From Pseudomonadota bacterium (GTDB taxonomy: Bacteria; UBA10199; 2-02-FULL-44-16; JAAZCA01), in NCBI GenBank assembly GCA_043798915.1, contig JAZDOG010000081.1, forward strand, positions 1-15,540: a stretch of 15,540 bases of DNA, read 5' to 3'. The translations under genes and the position numbers were made by a program. The notes under the pieces are model-generated. The model worked only from the letters and a program-made list of their open reading frames with translations. It was not told the origin of the DNA and ran no database searches. Numbering within the stretch: the first letter of the stretch is position 1; each line of letters starts with the position of its first letter. Below, piece after piece: positions 1-7,990 of the stretch.

Positions 1-268
1 GCGTCAAGGACTCGCGGACATTGGGGGGGCGGGCTATGCCTCGCTCGATGCCGACGACGCGCCCGTTGTCGATCCATACAACGTCGATCGCGATGCGCAT
101 GCCGAGCATCCAGAGCGACCAGCGGCGGCGGAACGGAAAGATGAAAAGCATCCCGTCCGACGTCGGACGATCCCTGAAAGACAGGCCGCGCATGCGCGAT
201 AAGGCCGTGTCGGCCACCCCGACTGAAAAGGGATGTCCATCGATCTCCACGGTGCGGGTTTGTATCAT
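1..268 (-). CDS. DUF192 family protein (3' end outside window)
   Basis: Not in the ORF track; translated by hand from ATG at 268, which forms an ATGA overlap with the upstream stop at 265-267: MIQTRTVEIDGHPFSVGVADTALSRMRGLSFRDRPTSDGMLFIFPFRRRWSLWMLGMRIAIDVVWIDNGRVVGIERGIARPPNVRESLT... It matches the DUF192 pattern (vA.t...R.rGL..R....GMLF.F......WM..M...iDv.wid..g.vv.i). The frame is open to the window edge. Confidence 0.85.
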   Translation of the reverse strand, partial: MIQTRTVEIDGHPFSVGVADTALSRMRGLSFRDRPTSDGMLFIFPFRRRWSLWMLGMRIAIDVVWIDNGRVVGIERGIARPPNVRESLT

Positions 269-1659
269 TTCCCCCCTGCGGCGATCTGCGAGCCAATCCC
301 CTCCTTCAGCCTCCTGATCTCCTTCGTATCCGGCGCGCGCGCCAGAAGCGAAGCCAAAGCAAAGATCGCCGCGCCCTTCCCTCCGCCGCTCTCCAGCGCG
401 AGCCTCCCAAGCGAGGCATAGGCCGGGGCATATGATGGGTCGGCCTCTATCGCGTCGCGGAAGAGCCTCGCGGCACCGGCGGGATCCGCCTCTCTGGTCG
501 CGAGCCCCAGCTCATGCGCAGCGATTGCGCCGCTTGTCCCGCAGAATGGCACGCCCGCTCCCCGCGCGACCGATGCAGCCGCGGCTGCATCGCCGCCGAT
601 CCGCGCGGCGCGGATGCGGAGCGCAGCCGCGAGATTCGATCCACCCTCCGCTTTCGAGAGGATTTTTTCGGCGCCGGCTGCATCTCCTTCCGCCAGATCC
701 ATCCGGGCAAGCGCGAGGAGGGCAAAAAATCCGTCCCTCCTCTTCGCGAAGCGCCGATAGATTTTTCTGGCTTCGTCGTCTGCATCCTCGCGCTCGAGGA
801 GCATCGCGCGGGCAAATTCCTCCATCGCGGACGATCCGCTCACTTCCATGGCACCGCCGCCATCGAGCAATGATGCCAGCGAAAGGAATATGCGTTCGGC
901 ATCACCTGCACCTGCGCGGGCCGCCACGTTCGCAAACCTTCGGGGCTCCTCTGCAACTCCAGGACACGAACCACGGCCGTCGAGAAATGCGTAGAGCGAG
1001 CGCGCCGCAACGAGCCTTGCCTGAGCAGCGAATGAATCCGGCTCCTTCGAGAGCCTGGCACGGATTGCTGCGATGACGCTGGGCGAGGGGAGCCAATCGG
1101 CATCCGCGGTGAAATCATCATCTGCCCTTCCTTTCAAGCCGTGTCGCTCCGGCGCAGCTGTGCGCAAACCGCCGGCCATTCCCCGGCACTCGAAGAACAC
1201 CTCGATGAAGCGACCGGACGGCGCGGAGCACGAGACCTCCATGATAGAGCCGCCGGAGGGCACGAGGATGACGAGGCCGAGGGATGCAACTCCCGCCCCA
1301 CCTCCGCGCGCCGCCGCTATATCGAAGGATGCCGCGAGCGCCTTCCCCTCGACCGCAGAGATATCGTCGACCGACTTGAGGAGCGCGCCGCCGAACTCGC
1401 GCGCAACTGTGAGGGCGATGAGATCGCGCGAAGGCGCGCCGACGGGTTCATTCATCCGCTTAACGCGCGCGCGGCCGCCACTGCCGTCACGGAGTTCCAC
1501 GACGACATCGCCGAAGCCCTCCGCAATTTTCCACCCTGCCGGTATTTCGAACGCGACGCCGCGGACAGGATCAATAAATCTCCCCTGTGCCCCAAATGCA
1601 TCAGGCACAAAAAGCTGAAGCACCGCGAGCACAAAGAGACATACTGAAGCTCGTTTCAT
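265..1659 (-). CDS. Exported protein, 464 aa: signal peptide, PsbP/Mog1-like N-terminal domain (tentative), C-terminal TPR-like repeats
   Basis: Start moved from 1830 to ATG 1659 (GGGAGG RBS, ATGA overlap with the upstream stop). Signal peptide MKRASVCLFVLAVLQLFVPDAFGA. FIDPVRGVAFEIPAGW resembles the start of PsbP-like domains. TPR-like segments include LALARMDLAEGDAAGAEKILSKA and AARLFRDAIEADPSYAPAYASLGRL. Confidence 0.7.
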   Translation of the reverse strand: MKRASVCLFVLAVLQLFVPDAFGAQGRFIDPVRGVAFEIPAGWKIAEGFGDVVVELRDGSGGRARVKRMNEPVGAPSRDLIALTVAREFGGALLKSVDDISAVEGKALAASFDIAAARGGGAGVASLGLVILVPSGGSIMEVSCSAPSGRFIEVFFECRGMAGGLRTAAPERHGLKGRADDDFTADADWLPSPSVIAAIRARLSKEPDSFAAQARLVAARSLYAFLDGRGSCPGVAEEPRRFANVAARAGAGDAERIFLSLASLLDGGGAMEVSGSSAMEEFARAMLLEREDADDEARKIYRRFAKRRDGFFALLALARMDLAEGDAAGAEKILSKAEGGSNLAAALRIRAARIGGDAAAAASVARGAGVPFCGTSGAIAAHELGLATREADPAGAARLFRDAIEADPSYAPAYASLGRLALESGGGKGAAIFALASLLARAPDTKEIRRLKEGIGSQIAAGGK

Positions 1660-2882
1660 GGCCGATGCCTCCCTTCGTCGCCGGCGCCCTTGCATCGGCG
1701 CACCCCTTCCGCCGCAGACTCGGAGGCGGATGGATCGAGCGCGGAGAGGGCGGAGGATATTTCCTCGTAGATCGGCAGCGCGCGGCCGCAGCCGGAGAAC
1801 CTCTCGGCCGACAGCGCGCCCGAGAGCCATCTGCCCGCCGCGGATTTGATCGACGCATCGATCCTCGCCTTGAGAGAGGCGGCCGCGTTGCCAGCGCCGG
1901 CATCGGTTGCAGCTTGAACCTCCGCCCTCGCCCTGCCGAGGCGAGAGACCGCCTCTCTTGCATCCAGCGAATCGACTGAGGAGAGCATGGCTCCGATCGC
2001 CGCAAGGCGCGGCGCCGCATCGTCCCTGACGCTCGCCGCGAGAGAAACGCGCGCCTCATCGAGCGGCCCTGCAAACGTCGGCCTGATCCCACCGGCTCGC
2101 AGGATCTCAGCCGCTCGGTCGAGCGCACTTTTGGCGCCAACGAGATCGCCCAGACCTTTTAGCCTCATCCCATCTTTGAAAAGTGCGAGCGCCTCTTCTT
2201 CACTGCCTGAGGATAATTCATCGCCATATGAACTCTCGGATTTTTTTCCGGCAGCTTGGGCGTCATCGCCGCTATTGAGCTCTTCAAGCAGACGCCTTGC
2301 CTCAGCATCCTCTGGCGCGGATTCCGTGGTCTCGATGAGCGCCAGCCTCGCCTGTTCGATCCGCCCCGCGCGGAGATGATCGCGAGCCTCTTCGATGAGC
2401 CTCGTGGCACTCACAACCGAAACTGCCTGGGCTGCCGGAGCCGGGTCAACAGCGACCGGCAAGGGATACGATGGAGCGGCAACAGGTCCGCGCTGAAATA
2501 TCGCAGCCATCGTCGCGATTGCCAGAAGGAAAGCCATCGCTCCGAACAGACACACGCGCCGGCTGATGCGCGCGCGCCACGGAACCCTCGAATCCGCGAC
2601 CGAGAGGCGCGTGAGCCCCAGCGCGATAGCATCGCCCGGCCCAATCGCTCCGATCCGTTCATCCCTGCCCGCCAGGGCCGCATCCTGGAGCGCCGCGCAG
2701 ACAAGCCCCCTGGAGCGCCGCGCGAAGACGGCGTAGGCGATCTGCCCCGGGGCAACCTCCTTCACAAGGCACAGGCCCTCGCGCGAAGATGAAAGAAAGA
2801 GCATGCCCTCGCGGCCAAACTCCGCTTCGAGAGGCGCCCGGCCATCCTGCATCTCGAGCTTCAACCTCATCGCTCTCTTCAT
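1656..2882 (-). CDS. Bitopic membrane protein, 408 aa: N-terminal beta-rich (degenerate FHA-like?) domain, one TM helix, Pro/Ala linker, TPR-like helical domain
   Basis: Start moved from 3134 to ATG 2882 (AGAGGGGG RBS, ATGA overlap). TM helix VCLFGAMAFLLAIATMAAIF. TPR-like segments LIEEARDHLRAGRIEQARLALIETTESAPEDAEARRLLEEL and ALALFKDGMRLKGLGDLVGAKSALDRAAEI. IGPGDAIALGLTRLSV resembles the end of an FHA fold. Confidence 0.7.
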   Translation of the reverse strand: MKRAMRLKLEMQDGRAPLEAEFGREGMLFLSSSREGLCLVKEVAPGQIAYAVFARRSRGLVCAALQDAALAGRDERIGAIGPGDAIALGLTRLSVADSRVPWRARISRRVCLFGAMAFLLAIATMAAIFQRGPVAAPSYPLPVAVDPAPAAQAVSVVSATRLIEEARDHLRAGRIEQARLALIETTESAPEDAEARRLLEELNSGDDAQAAGKKSESSYGDELSSGSEEEALALFKDGMRLKGLGDLVGAKSALDRAAEILRAGGIRPTFAGPLDEARVSLAASVRDDAAPRLAAIGAMLSSVDSLDAREAVSRLGRARAEVQAATDAGAGNAAASLKARIDASIKSAAGRWLSGALSAERFSGCGRALPIYEEISSALSALDPSASESAAEGVRRCKGAGDEGRHRP

Positions 2883-3286
2883 TGCGCCCCCTCTGCGCGG
2901 ATTCTCGCGAGGCGCTCCTCTGCGCGGAGAAACCGCCTCGGGTCGCCCGCCACCGACGCCTCCGACACCTCCGCTTCGATCTTCTGCGTGAGCGCGCCGC
3001 GCCTTCGTGCGATTGCGGAGATGAGGGCTTCGCCTTCCTCGGAGGGATGAAGCGCGTTTGAGAGCGCGGCAGAAGCCGAAGCCCGGTCGAGCATCCCGCC
3101 GCGAAGCGCGGCCCTCCCCTCGCGCGAGAGCCACGACGCGAGCTCACCGGCCGCGGAGATCGGCTCCGCGGAAGCTTCGGGCGCGGCGTCCGCCGGGTCG
3201 CGCGCGCCGATGTGCACCGATCCGGCCACAGCGAGCACGAGCCCCAGCGCCAGCGCCGGGAATATCGCGATCCTCTTTTTCAGCAT
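2879..3286 (-). CDS. Small membrane-anchored or exported helical protein, 135 aa, with a TPR-like hairpin
   Basis: Start moved from 3580 to ATG 3286 (GGAGG RBS; ATGCTGA overlap with the upstream stop). N-terminus MLKKRIAIFPALALGLVLAVAGSVHIG is basic then hydrophobic. Helical segment ASWLSREGRAALRGGMLDRASASAALSNALHPS. Confidence 0.65.
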   Translation of the reverse strand: MLKKRIAIFPALALGLVLAVAGSVHIGARDPADAAPEASAEPISAAGELASWLSREGRAALRGGMLDRASASAALSNALHPSEEGEALISAIARRRGALTQKIEAEVSEASVAGDPRRFLRAEERLARIRAEGAQ

Positions 3287-3726
3287 GTTTTTTCCTCCAG
3301 CGTCATCAGGACGCAGTCGCCGGCCGGCGCGGAGAAGCAGAACATCTGCCGGCCGCCCCAGGCGCACTCCCACGAAGAGCCGCGCCCCCTGCGCGCAGCT
3401 GCAGCACCTTCGAGGAAGCGCGCGGCCGATTCTGGCGGGACGATATCGACAAGATGTGCGCCGCTGCCCGCACCTCCATTCGCCATCCCGCGGCCGCGGC
3501 GGCCGGCAGCGACGAGCCTCAATGAAGAATCGAAGAGGAACGTGGCGGCACCGCAGAGCGTTTCGACCGCGTCGCACCATTCGCCCTCATCAGGACCCTT
3601 GTGCGAAGCTCCGACATCGACATGCGGCTCCGCAGCGTCATCCGCGCGCGGATTTTTTCGCGTGCAGATCGCCGCCGCAATTGCGACTCCCACTATCAGC
3701 CAGCCTGTGAACCCCGCGATCGTCAT
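3280..3726 (-). CDS. Hypothetical protein, 148 aa: N-terminal TM helix plus PAS-like domain
   Basis: Fills the gap between tadC and the next gene (10 nt gap upstream, 7 nt overlap downstream). TM helix AGFTGWLIVGVAIAAAIC. The segment ATFLFDSSLRLVAAG...GAHLVDIVPPESAARFLEGAAAARRG...GGRQMF..SAP.GDCVLMTLE follows the PAS fold pattern. The RBS is weak. Confidence 0.6.
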   Translation of the reverse strand: MTIAGFTGWLIVGVAIAAAICTRKNPRADDAAEPHVDVGASHKGPDEGEWCDAVETLCGAATFLFDSSLRLVAAGRRGRGMANGGAGSGAHLVDIVPPESAARFLEGAAAARRGRGSSWECAWGGRQMFCFSAPAGDCVLMTLEEKTC

Positions 3727-3736
3727 GATGTCCGAT

Positions 3737-4639
3737 TCAGAAAAGGGCGCCCAAGCCGCCTGTTGCCAGGCGCACGATCAGCGGCCCGAAGATGACGATG
3801 AACGTCGCCGGCATTATGCAGATCGCCAGCGGGATGAGCGCCTTCTGCTGCGCGGCCACACCCTTGCGCTCCGCTTGCGCAAAGCGCTCGGCCCTGAGCC
3901 TCACCGAGAGCGTGCGCAGCACCGGACCGATCCCGCCGCCCAGCGCGTCCGCCTGGATGAGCAGCGAGCAGAACGATGAGAGCGCGGGCACGCACGCGCG
4001 CCGGCCCATGACGGCGAGCGCCTCGCGCCGCTGCGTCCCCATCCTGATTGCGGATTCGAGGCGCGCCAGCTCTGATTTCAAAGGCCCGTTCTTCAGCCGC
4101 GCGGCGATGCGGCCGAGCGCCTCCGCAAAATCGAGGCCGGCCTCCACCGAGAGGGCCAGCCAGTCGAGCGCTCCGGGGAGCTCGAGCTCGATGGCCGCGC
4201 GGCGGCGGCGCACCTTGGCCCTAAGCCACAGCGTCGCAGCGAACCACCCGAGCGCCGCGCCCAACACGGCCCTGAGTGGCAACGGCATATTGAAGAGCGC
4301 GATGAAGGCGAGGGCCGTAAGCATCGAAGAGGCTAACCTCATGGCGCAGAAGCCGGCGGCATCGATCGACTCATCGAGGCCGGCAGCCGCGATCATGCGC
4401 GAGAGTTTTTCTCCATTGCGCGGGAGGCCCGCCATCGAAGCCAAAGGCAACATCCAGTGGCACATAGATATGAGCAACCACGACAGGGGCGATGCGGGGC
4501 GGGCCTTTGTCCTCATCCCGCTCGCGTGCCAGAGCCTTTGCCGCTCCCTCCTCCGCCAGATGGCCAGCAGGCCAGCCCATGCGGCGACGCCGGCAAGGAT
4601 CACGCATATGAAAAACTCAGCTACGGTATTATCGACCAC
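3737..4639 (-). CDS. tadC: Tad pilus inner-membrane platform protein TadC (T2SSF family), 300 aa
   Basis: GTG start with GGAGG RBS. T2SSF motifs ELPGALDWLALSVEAGLDFAEAL, LIQADALGGGIGPVLRTLSVRLRAERFAQAERK and LIPLAICIMPATFIVIFGP. Confidence 0.92.
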   Translation of the reverse strand: MVDNTVAEFFICVILAGVAAWAGLLAIWRRRERQRLWHASGMRTKARPASPLSWLLISMCHWMLPLASMAGLPRNGEKLSRMIAAAGLDESIDAAGFCAMRLASSMLTALAFIALFNMPLPLRAVLGAALGWFAATLWLRAKVRRRRAAIELELPGALDWLALSVEAGLDFAEALGRIAARLKNGPLKSELARLESAIRMGTQRREALAVMGRRACVPALSSFCSLLIQADALGGGIGPVLRTLSVRLRAERFAQAERKGVAAQQKALIPLAICIMPATFIVIFGPLIVRLATGGLGALF

Positions 4640-5238
4640 GCGGCCTCCATCTCGCTTGTCAGCCCGCCCTCTTTGGATGCGTCGCGCCAGAGCGCAGGCG
4701 TGATTTTGCGGACGATGCGCAGGCGCCCGGCGAGCGGGGATCCGCTCTTCGCATCGAATATCGCGACACCCTCGCCCTCAATGGCGACAAACCGCGCGCC
4801 GACATTTGCAAGAGCCGCCGTCGCCGCCTCGTCCGGCGGCGCATCCTCCCGCGGAATCTTCCCGCCGATTTTGAAGCTCCGCGCTGAGACGTCCCGGCGG
4901 GGAAAACTGACAGGGCGGGGATCGGAGAATTCGATCTTCGCCTCGATAGGAGGCAGCTCGCGATCGGCGATGAAAACCGGCGCATCGGATTGGCCGCCCT
5001 GCCCTCCAGCGGACGGATTCAGGGGAAGCGAGAGGATGCGCGACGGAAGGTCCTGCCACAGAATCCGGGATGGCTCGATGCCGCCGGGCGATTGCCTCCG
5101 CCTGACGACCATGCGGCGCTCCTGTATCTTTCCGCCCTCCTTCATTATAGAGACGGTGCGGTAGCCCGTATCCCCAAGGCCCATCGAGAGCGATGATGAA
5201 GCTAATATAATGATAGCGATGAGCCAGATCCTCCGCAT
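4621..5238 (-). CDS. Hypothetical exported protein, 205 aa, between tadB and tadC
   Basis: GAGGGAG RBS, signal-peptide-like N-terminus MRRIWLIAIIILASSSLSMG, 10 nt gap after the tadB stop and 19 nt overlap with the tadC start. No family recognised. Confidence 0.65.
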   Translation of the reverse strand: MRRIWLIAIIILASSSLSMGLGDTGYRTVSIMKEGGKIQERRMVVRRRQSPGGIEPSRILWQDLPSRILSLPLNPSAGGQGGQSDAPVFIADRELPPIEAKIEFSDPRPVSFPRRDVSARSFKIGGKIPREDAPPDEAATAALANVGARFVAIEGEGVAIFDAKSGSPLAGRLRIVRKITPALWRDASKEGGLTSEMEAAWSIIP

Positions 5239-5248
5239 GTCGTCTCCC

Positions 5249-6022
5249 TCACACTCTGATCATCACGATGCTCCTCAGCCACGCCGCGCCGAGCGCTTCG
5301 AGCAGGATTCCGAACGCGACCAGGAGGTGCCCCAGGCGCGTGGCCACCAGCGGCTCGATGTAATCCGGCGCCACCATATAGAGCGCCACCCCGAGCAGCC
5401 ACGGCATGGCAAGCAGCATGGCGCCTTGATAGACCCCCTGCGCGGTCAGCACGCGGATGCGCTCCTCGACGTGGAGCCTCCCTTCGACTGTCGCCGCGAG
5501 CGTGCCGAAGGTCTCGATCAGGTTGCCGCCCGTGCGCCGGAGCACCTCGACCGACTGGACAACGAGGCAGACGTCCTCCGTCGGGACTCGCTCTGCGAGG
5601 ATCGCAAGCGCCTCTTCCGCGGTGCGGCCGAGCTTGAGCTGCGCCACGACGCTCACGAGTTCCCCGCCTAGCGGGGATGCGAGTTCGAGCGAGGCCATCT
5701 CGAGCGCCTGCGCGAGCGAGAGCCCGGCCCTCATCGCGTTTCCGATGAGCGCCAGCGCGTCCGGGAGCTGCCGGTCCGCGGCGATGAGCCTCCTCTTTCT
5801 GATGACTGCAAGCAGCAGTACGACGGCGGGAGCGAATAGCGAAAGCGCGGAGCATATCCTCGGGGAGAGCTGCACGCCGGCCGTGTCGGCCTCCCGGGCG
5901 ACCCGGTCGCGGCCGCGCAAGATGAGCGGCGCAGCGCACGGGACAAGACGCGCCAGGGCAAAGGCCAGGGCCGCGGCCGCAATGGCCGCCGAGATAATGA
6001 ATGCCATCTTGAGTATCGGCAT
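5249..6022 (-). CDS. tadB: Tad pilus inner-membrane platform protein TadB (T2SSF family), 257 aa
   Basis: Motifs [53 protein letters not shown] and [11 protein letters not shown]. It directly follows the ATPase gene and has a GAGGGAG RBS. Confidence 0.92.
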   Translation of the reverse strand: MPILKMAFIISAAIAAAALAFALARLVPCAAPLILRGRDRVAREADTAGVQLSPRICSALSLFAPAVVLLLAVIRKRRLIAADRQLPDALALIGNAMRAGLSLAQALEMASLELASPLGGELVSVVAQLKLGRTAEEALAILAERVPTEDVCLVVQSVEVLRRTGGNLIETFGTLAATVEGRLHVEERIRVLTAQGVYQGAMLLAMPWLLGVALYMVAPDYIEPLVATRLGHLLVAFGILLEALGAAWLRSIVMIRV

Positions 6023-6031
6023 ATCTCTCCC

Positions 6032-7990
6032 TCACAGCGCGGGAAGTTCTATTCCCCGCGCCGCAAGCTTTTCAGCGAAGCGCGGCTTGAGGCCGGTGGG
6101 CGTTAGTTTCCCATCGTCCGGCGAGATCGCTGCGAGCGTCTGCATGCATGGAGTCGCCCCCTCCATGCCGGTGAACTCGGATATCTCCACAACGCGGCGC
6201 ATGCCGTCCCGCCGCGCCACCTGCACCACGAGATTGACGGCGCGGACGATCTGCTCGCGCACGGAGACGAGAGGAAGCTCCATGCCGGCCATGAGCACCA
6301 TCGTCTCGAGTCTGGCCAGCGCGTCGCGCGGCGAGTTTGCGTGGACGGTCGTGAGCGAACCCTCGTGCCCGGTGTTCATCGCCTGGAGCATGTCGAGCGC
6401 CTCCGGGCCGCGGCACTCGCCGACGACGATCCGGTCCGGCCTCATCCGGAGGGCATTGCGCACGAGGTCGCGTATGGCAACCGCGCCGGCGCCATCGAGC
6501 CCCGGCGGTCTTGATTCGAGCCTCACCACGTGAGGAAGCGGGATGAAGAGCTCGGCCGCATCCTCTATTGTAACGACGCGCTCCGCGGGATCGATCCGCG
6601 CCGCGAGCAGCCCCAGGAGTGTCGTCTTCCCCGCTCCGGTGCCGCCGGAGATCACCATCGAGACGCGCGCGCGGATGCACGCGGAGAGAAACGCGCCGGC
6701 GCCCTGCGTGAGCATGCCGCCGGACACCGCGTCGTCCATCCCCCTCACCCTCCTCAAAAATCTCCGGATCGTCACGGCTGGGCCGTCGATCGAAAGCGGC
6801 GGAATGATGACGTTCAGGCGTGAACCGTCGGGGAGCCTCGCGTCCACCATAGGGGACGATTCGTCTATGCGTCGGCCCGTCCGCGCGACCATGCGCTCTA
6901 TCACCGCCATGAGGTGCGCCTCGTCGGCGAATTTTAGAGCGACCGAGTTCACTCGTCCCTGCCGCTCCGCCCAGACGCGCTCGGGCCCGTTGACCATGAC
7001 CTCGGTCACCTCTGGATCGGAGAGCAGCGACTCGATTGGGCCGAACCCGACGGAATCGTCGACGACCCTCTTCACGACAGACTCGGGAGAGAGGCCCGCG
7101 AGTTCCGACGGATCGATGCCGGCGAGCAGGCGGCGCGCGGCCGCGGCGACGCGGCGGCGGAACGACTCCTCCGCGGCCCGGTCGCCCGAGGGCACGCGGA
7201 GATCCTTGAACTCGTGGTCGGCGCGGAGCTCTCCGAGGATTTTTCTCACCGCCGTTTCACATCTGTCATCGCAGGCTTTTGCATCTGGAGATATTTTTTC
7301 TTCGATTTCATGGGATGCGGACTCGCTGGATGCAGGATGCGGCTCCGCCTTGGGCACTGCGACCGCTCTCTCGATCAAACGCAGGGCCAGCCGCTCGATC
7401 TCCTCCGCGCCGCCCCAGAAGGCGAGCTTCCATCTGCGAGACAGCCTCGCGGCCATGGCGGTGTCGGCACTGGAGTTCCAGCCGCCGGAAGAGCCGAGGG
7501 CAAATCCGGCCGGGTGCGCGGAGACATCGTCCTCGAGCATGCGGTCCATCATCCGGCCCGCAGCTGCGAGCCCGCCTTCCGCGGAGACATCCGCCACGAC
7601 GAGCGCCGGCAAAGCCGGCAGCGCCTGCGCAGCGATCAAAAGCGATTCCGGTCCGATCGCGAAGAGGATTATATCGAAGACGCGCGAAATATTTGCGAGC
7701 GGGGCTGCATCGACTGGACCGTCGCAAGCTACGGCGGCGACGGAACCGTTTGGGGAAAGAAAGCCGACGAGGGCCTGGGCCTCGAGACCGCCGAGGTGCA
7801 CGAGGAGTTCGCTCCATGCCCTTGTCCCGCTCCGCTTCGCAGCACCCCCTGAGGCATCTATTATAAGGGGCGTCTTACCACGCGCCGAGAACCACGACGC
7901 CACGCCGCGGGCAAGGGAAGCGGCGGAGGATCCGTCTGCGGGATCGGCGATTGCAAAGCAGCGCGCGCGCGATGCGCCGTCTCGATTCAT
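6032..7990 (-). CDS. cpaF: Tad pilus assembly ATPase CpaF/TadA with an N-terminal degenerate MinD/CpaE(TadZ)-like domain, about 652 aa
   Basis: [44 protein letters not shown], Walker [10 protein letters not shown], Asp box TIEDAAEL, Walker [16 protein letters not shown] and His box [17 protein letters not shown] 7990 is preferred over 7996 because of the 8 nt spacing from GAGGAGG and the ATGA overlap with the secretin stop. Confidence 0.95.
   Translation of the reverse strand: MNRDGASRARCFAIADPADGSSAASLARGVASWFSARGKTPLIIDASGGAAKRSGTRAWSELLVHLGGLEAQALVGFLSPNGSVAAVACDGPVDAAPLANISRVFDIILFAIGPESLLIAAQALPALPALVVADVSAEGGLAAAGRMMDRMLEDDVSAHPAGFALGSSGGWNSSADTAMAARLSRRWKLAFWGGAEEIERLALRLIERAVAVPKAEPHPASSESASHEIEEKISPDAKACDDRCETAVRKILGELRADHEFKDLRVPSGDRAAEESFRRRVAAAARRLLAGIDPSELAGLSPESVVKRVVDDSVGFGPIESLLSDPEVTEVMVNGPERVWAERQGRVNSVALKFADEAHLMAVIERMVARTGRRIDESSPMVDARLPDGSRLNVIIPPLSIDGPAVTIRRFLRRVRGMDDAVSGGMLTQGAGAFLSACIRARVSMVISGGTGAGKTTLLGLLAARIDPAERVVTIEDAAELFIPLPHVVRLESRPPGLDGAGAVAIRDLVRNALRMRPDRIVVGECRGPEALDMLQAMNTGHEGSLTTVHANSPRDALARLETMVLMAGMELPLVSVREQIVRAVNLVVQVARRDGMRRVVEISEFTGMEGATPCMQTLAAISPDDGKLTPTGLKPRFAEKLAARGIELPAL

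Noticed and set aside
23..29. G7 homopolymer in the DUF192 gene, and T7 at 12194-12200, as possible phase-variation tracts
   Set aside because: Both are too short. The DUF192 frame is intact, and the T7 run is the A-rich leader adjoining the flp RBS.
34..240. 68-aa minus-strand ORF and 98-aa plus-strand ORF (21-317)
   Set aside because: They occupy the wrong frames; the DUF192-like frame starting at 268 explains this region.
1660..1830. Long N-terminal extensions given by the ORF track (starts at 1830, 3134, 3580, 10732, 11574, 12205)
   Set aside because: Most overlap upstream genes, and in each case an internal start has a clear RBS and places a signal, TM or prepilin segment or a start/stop overlap correctly.
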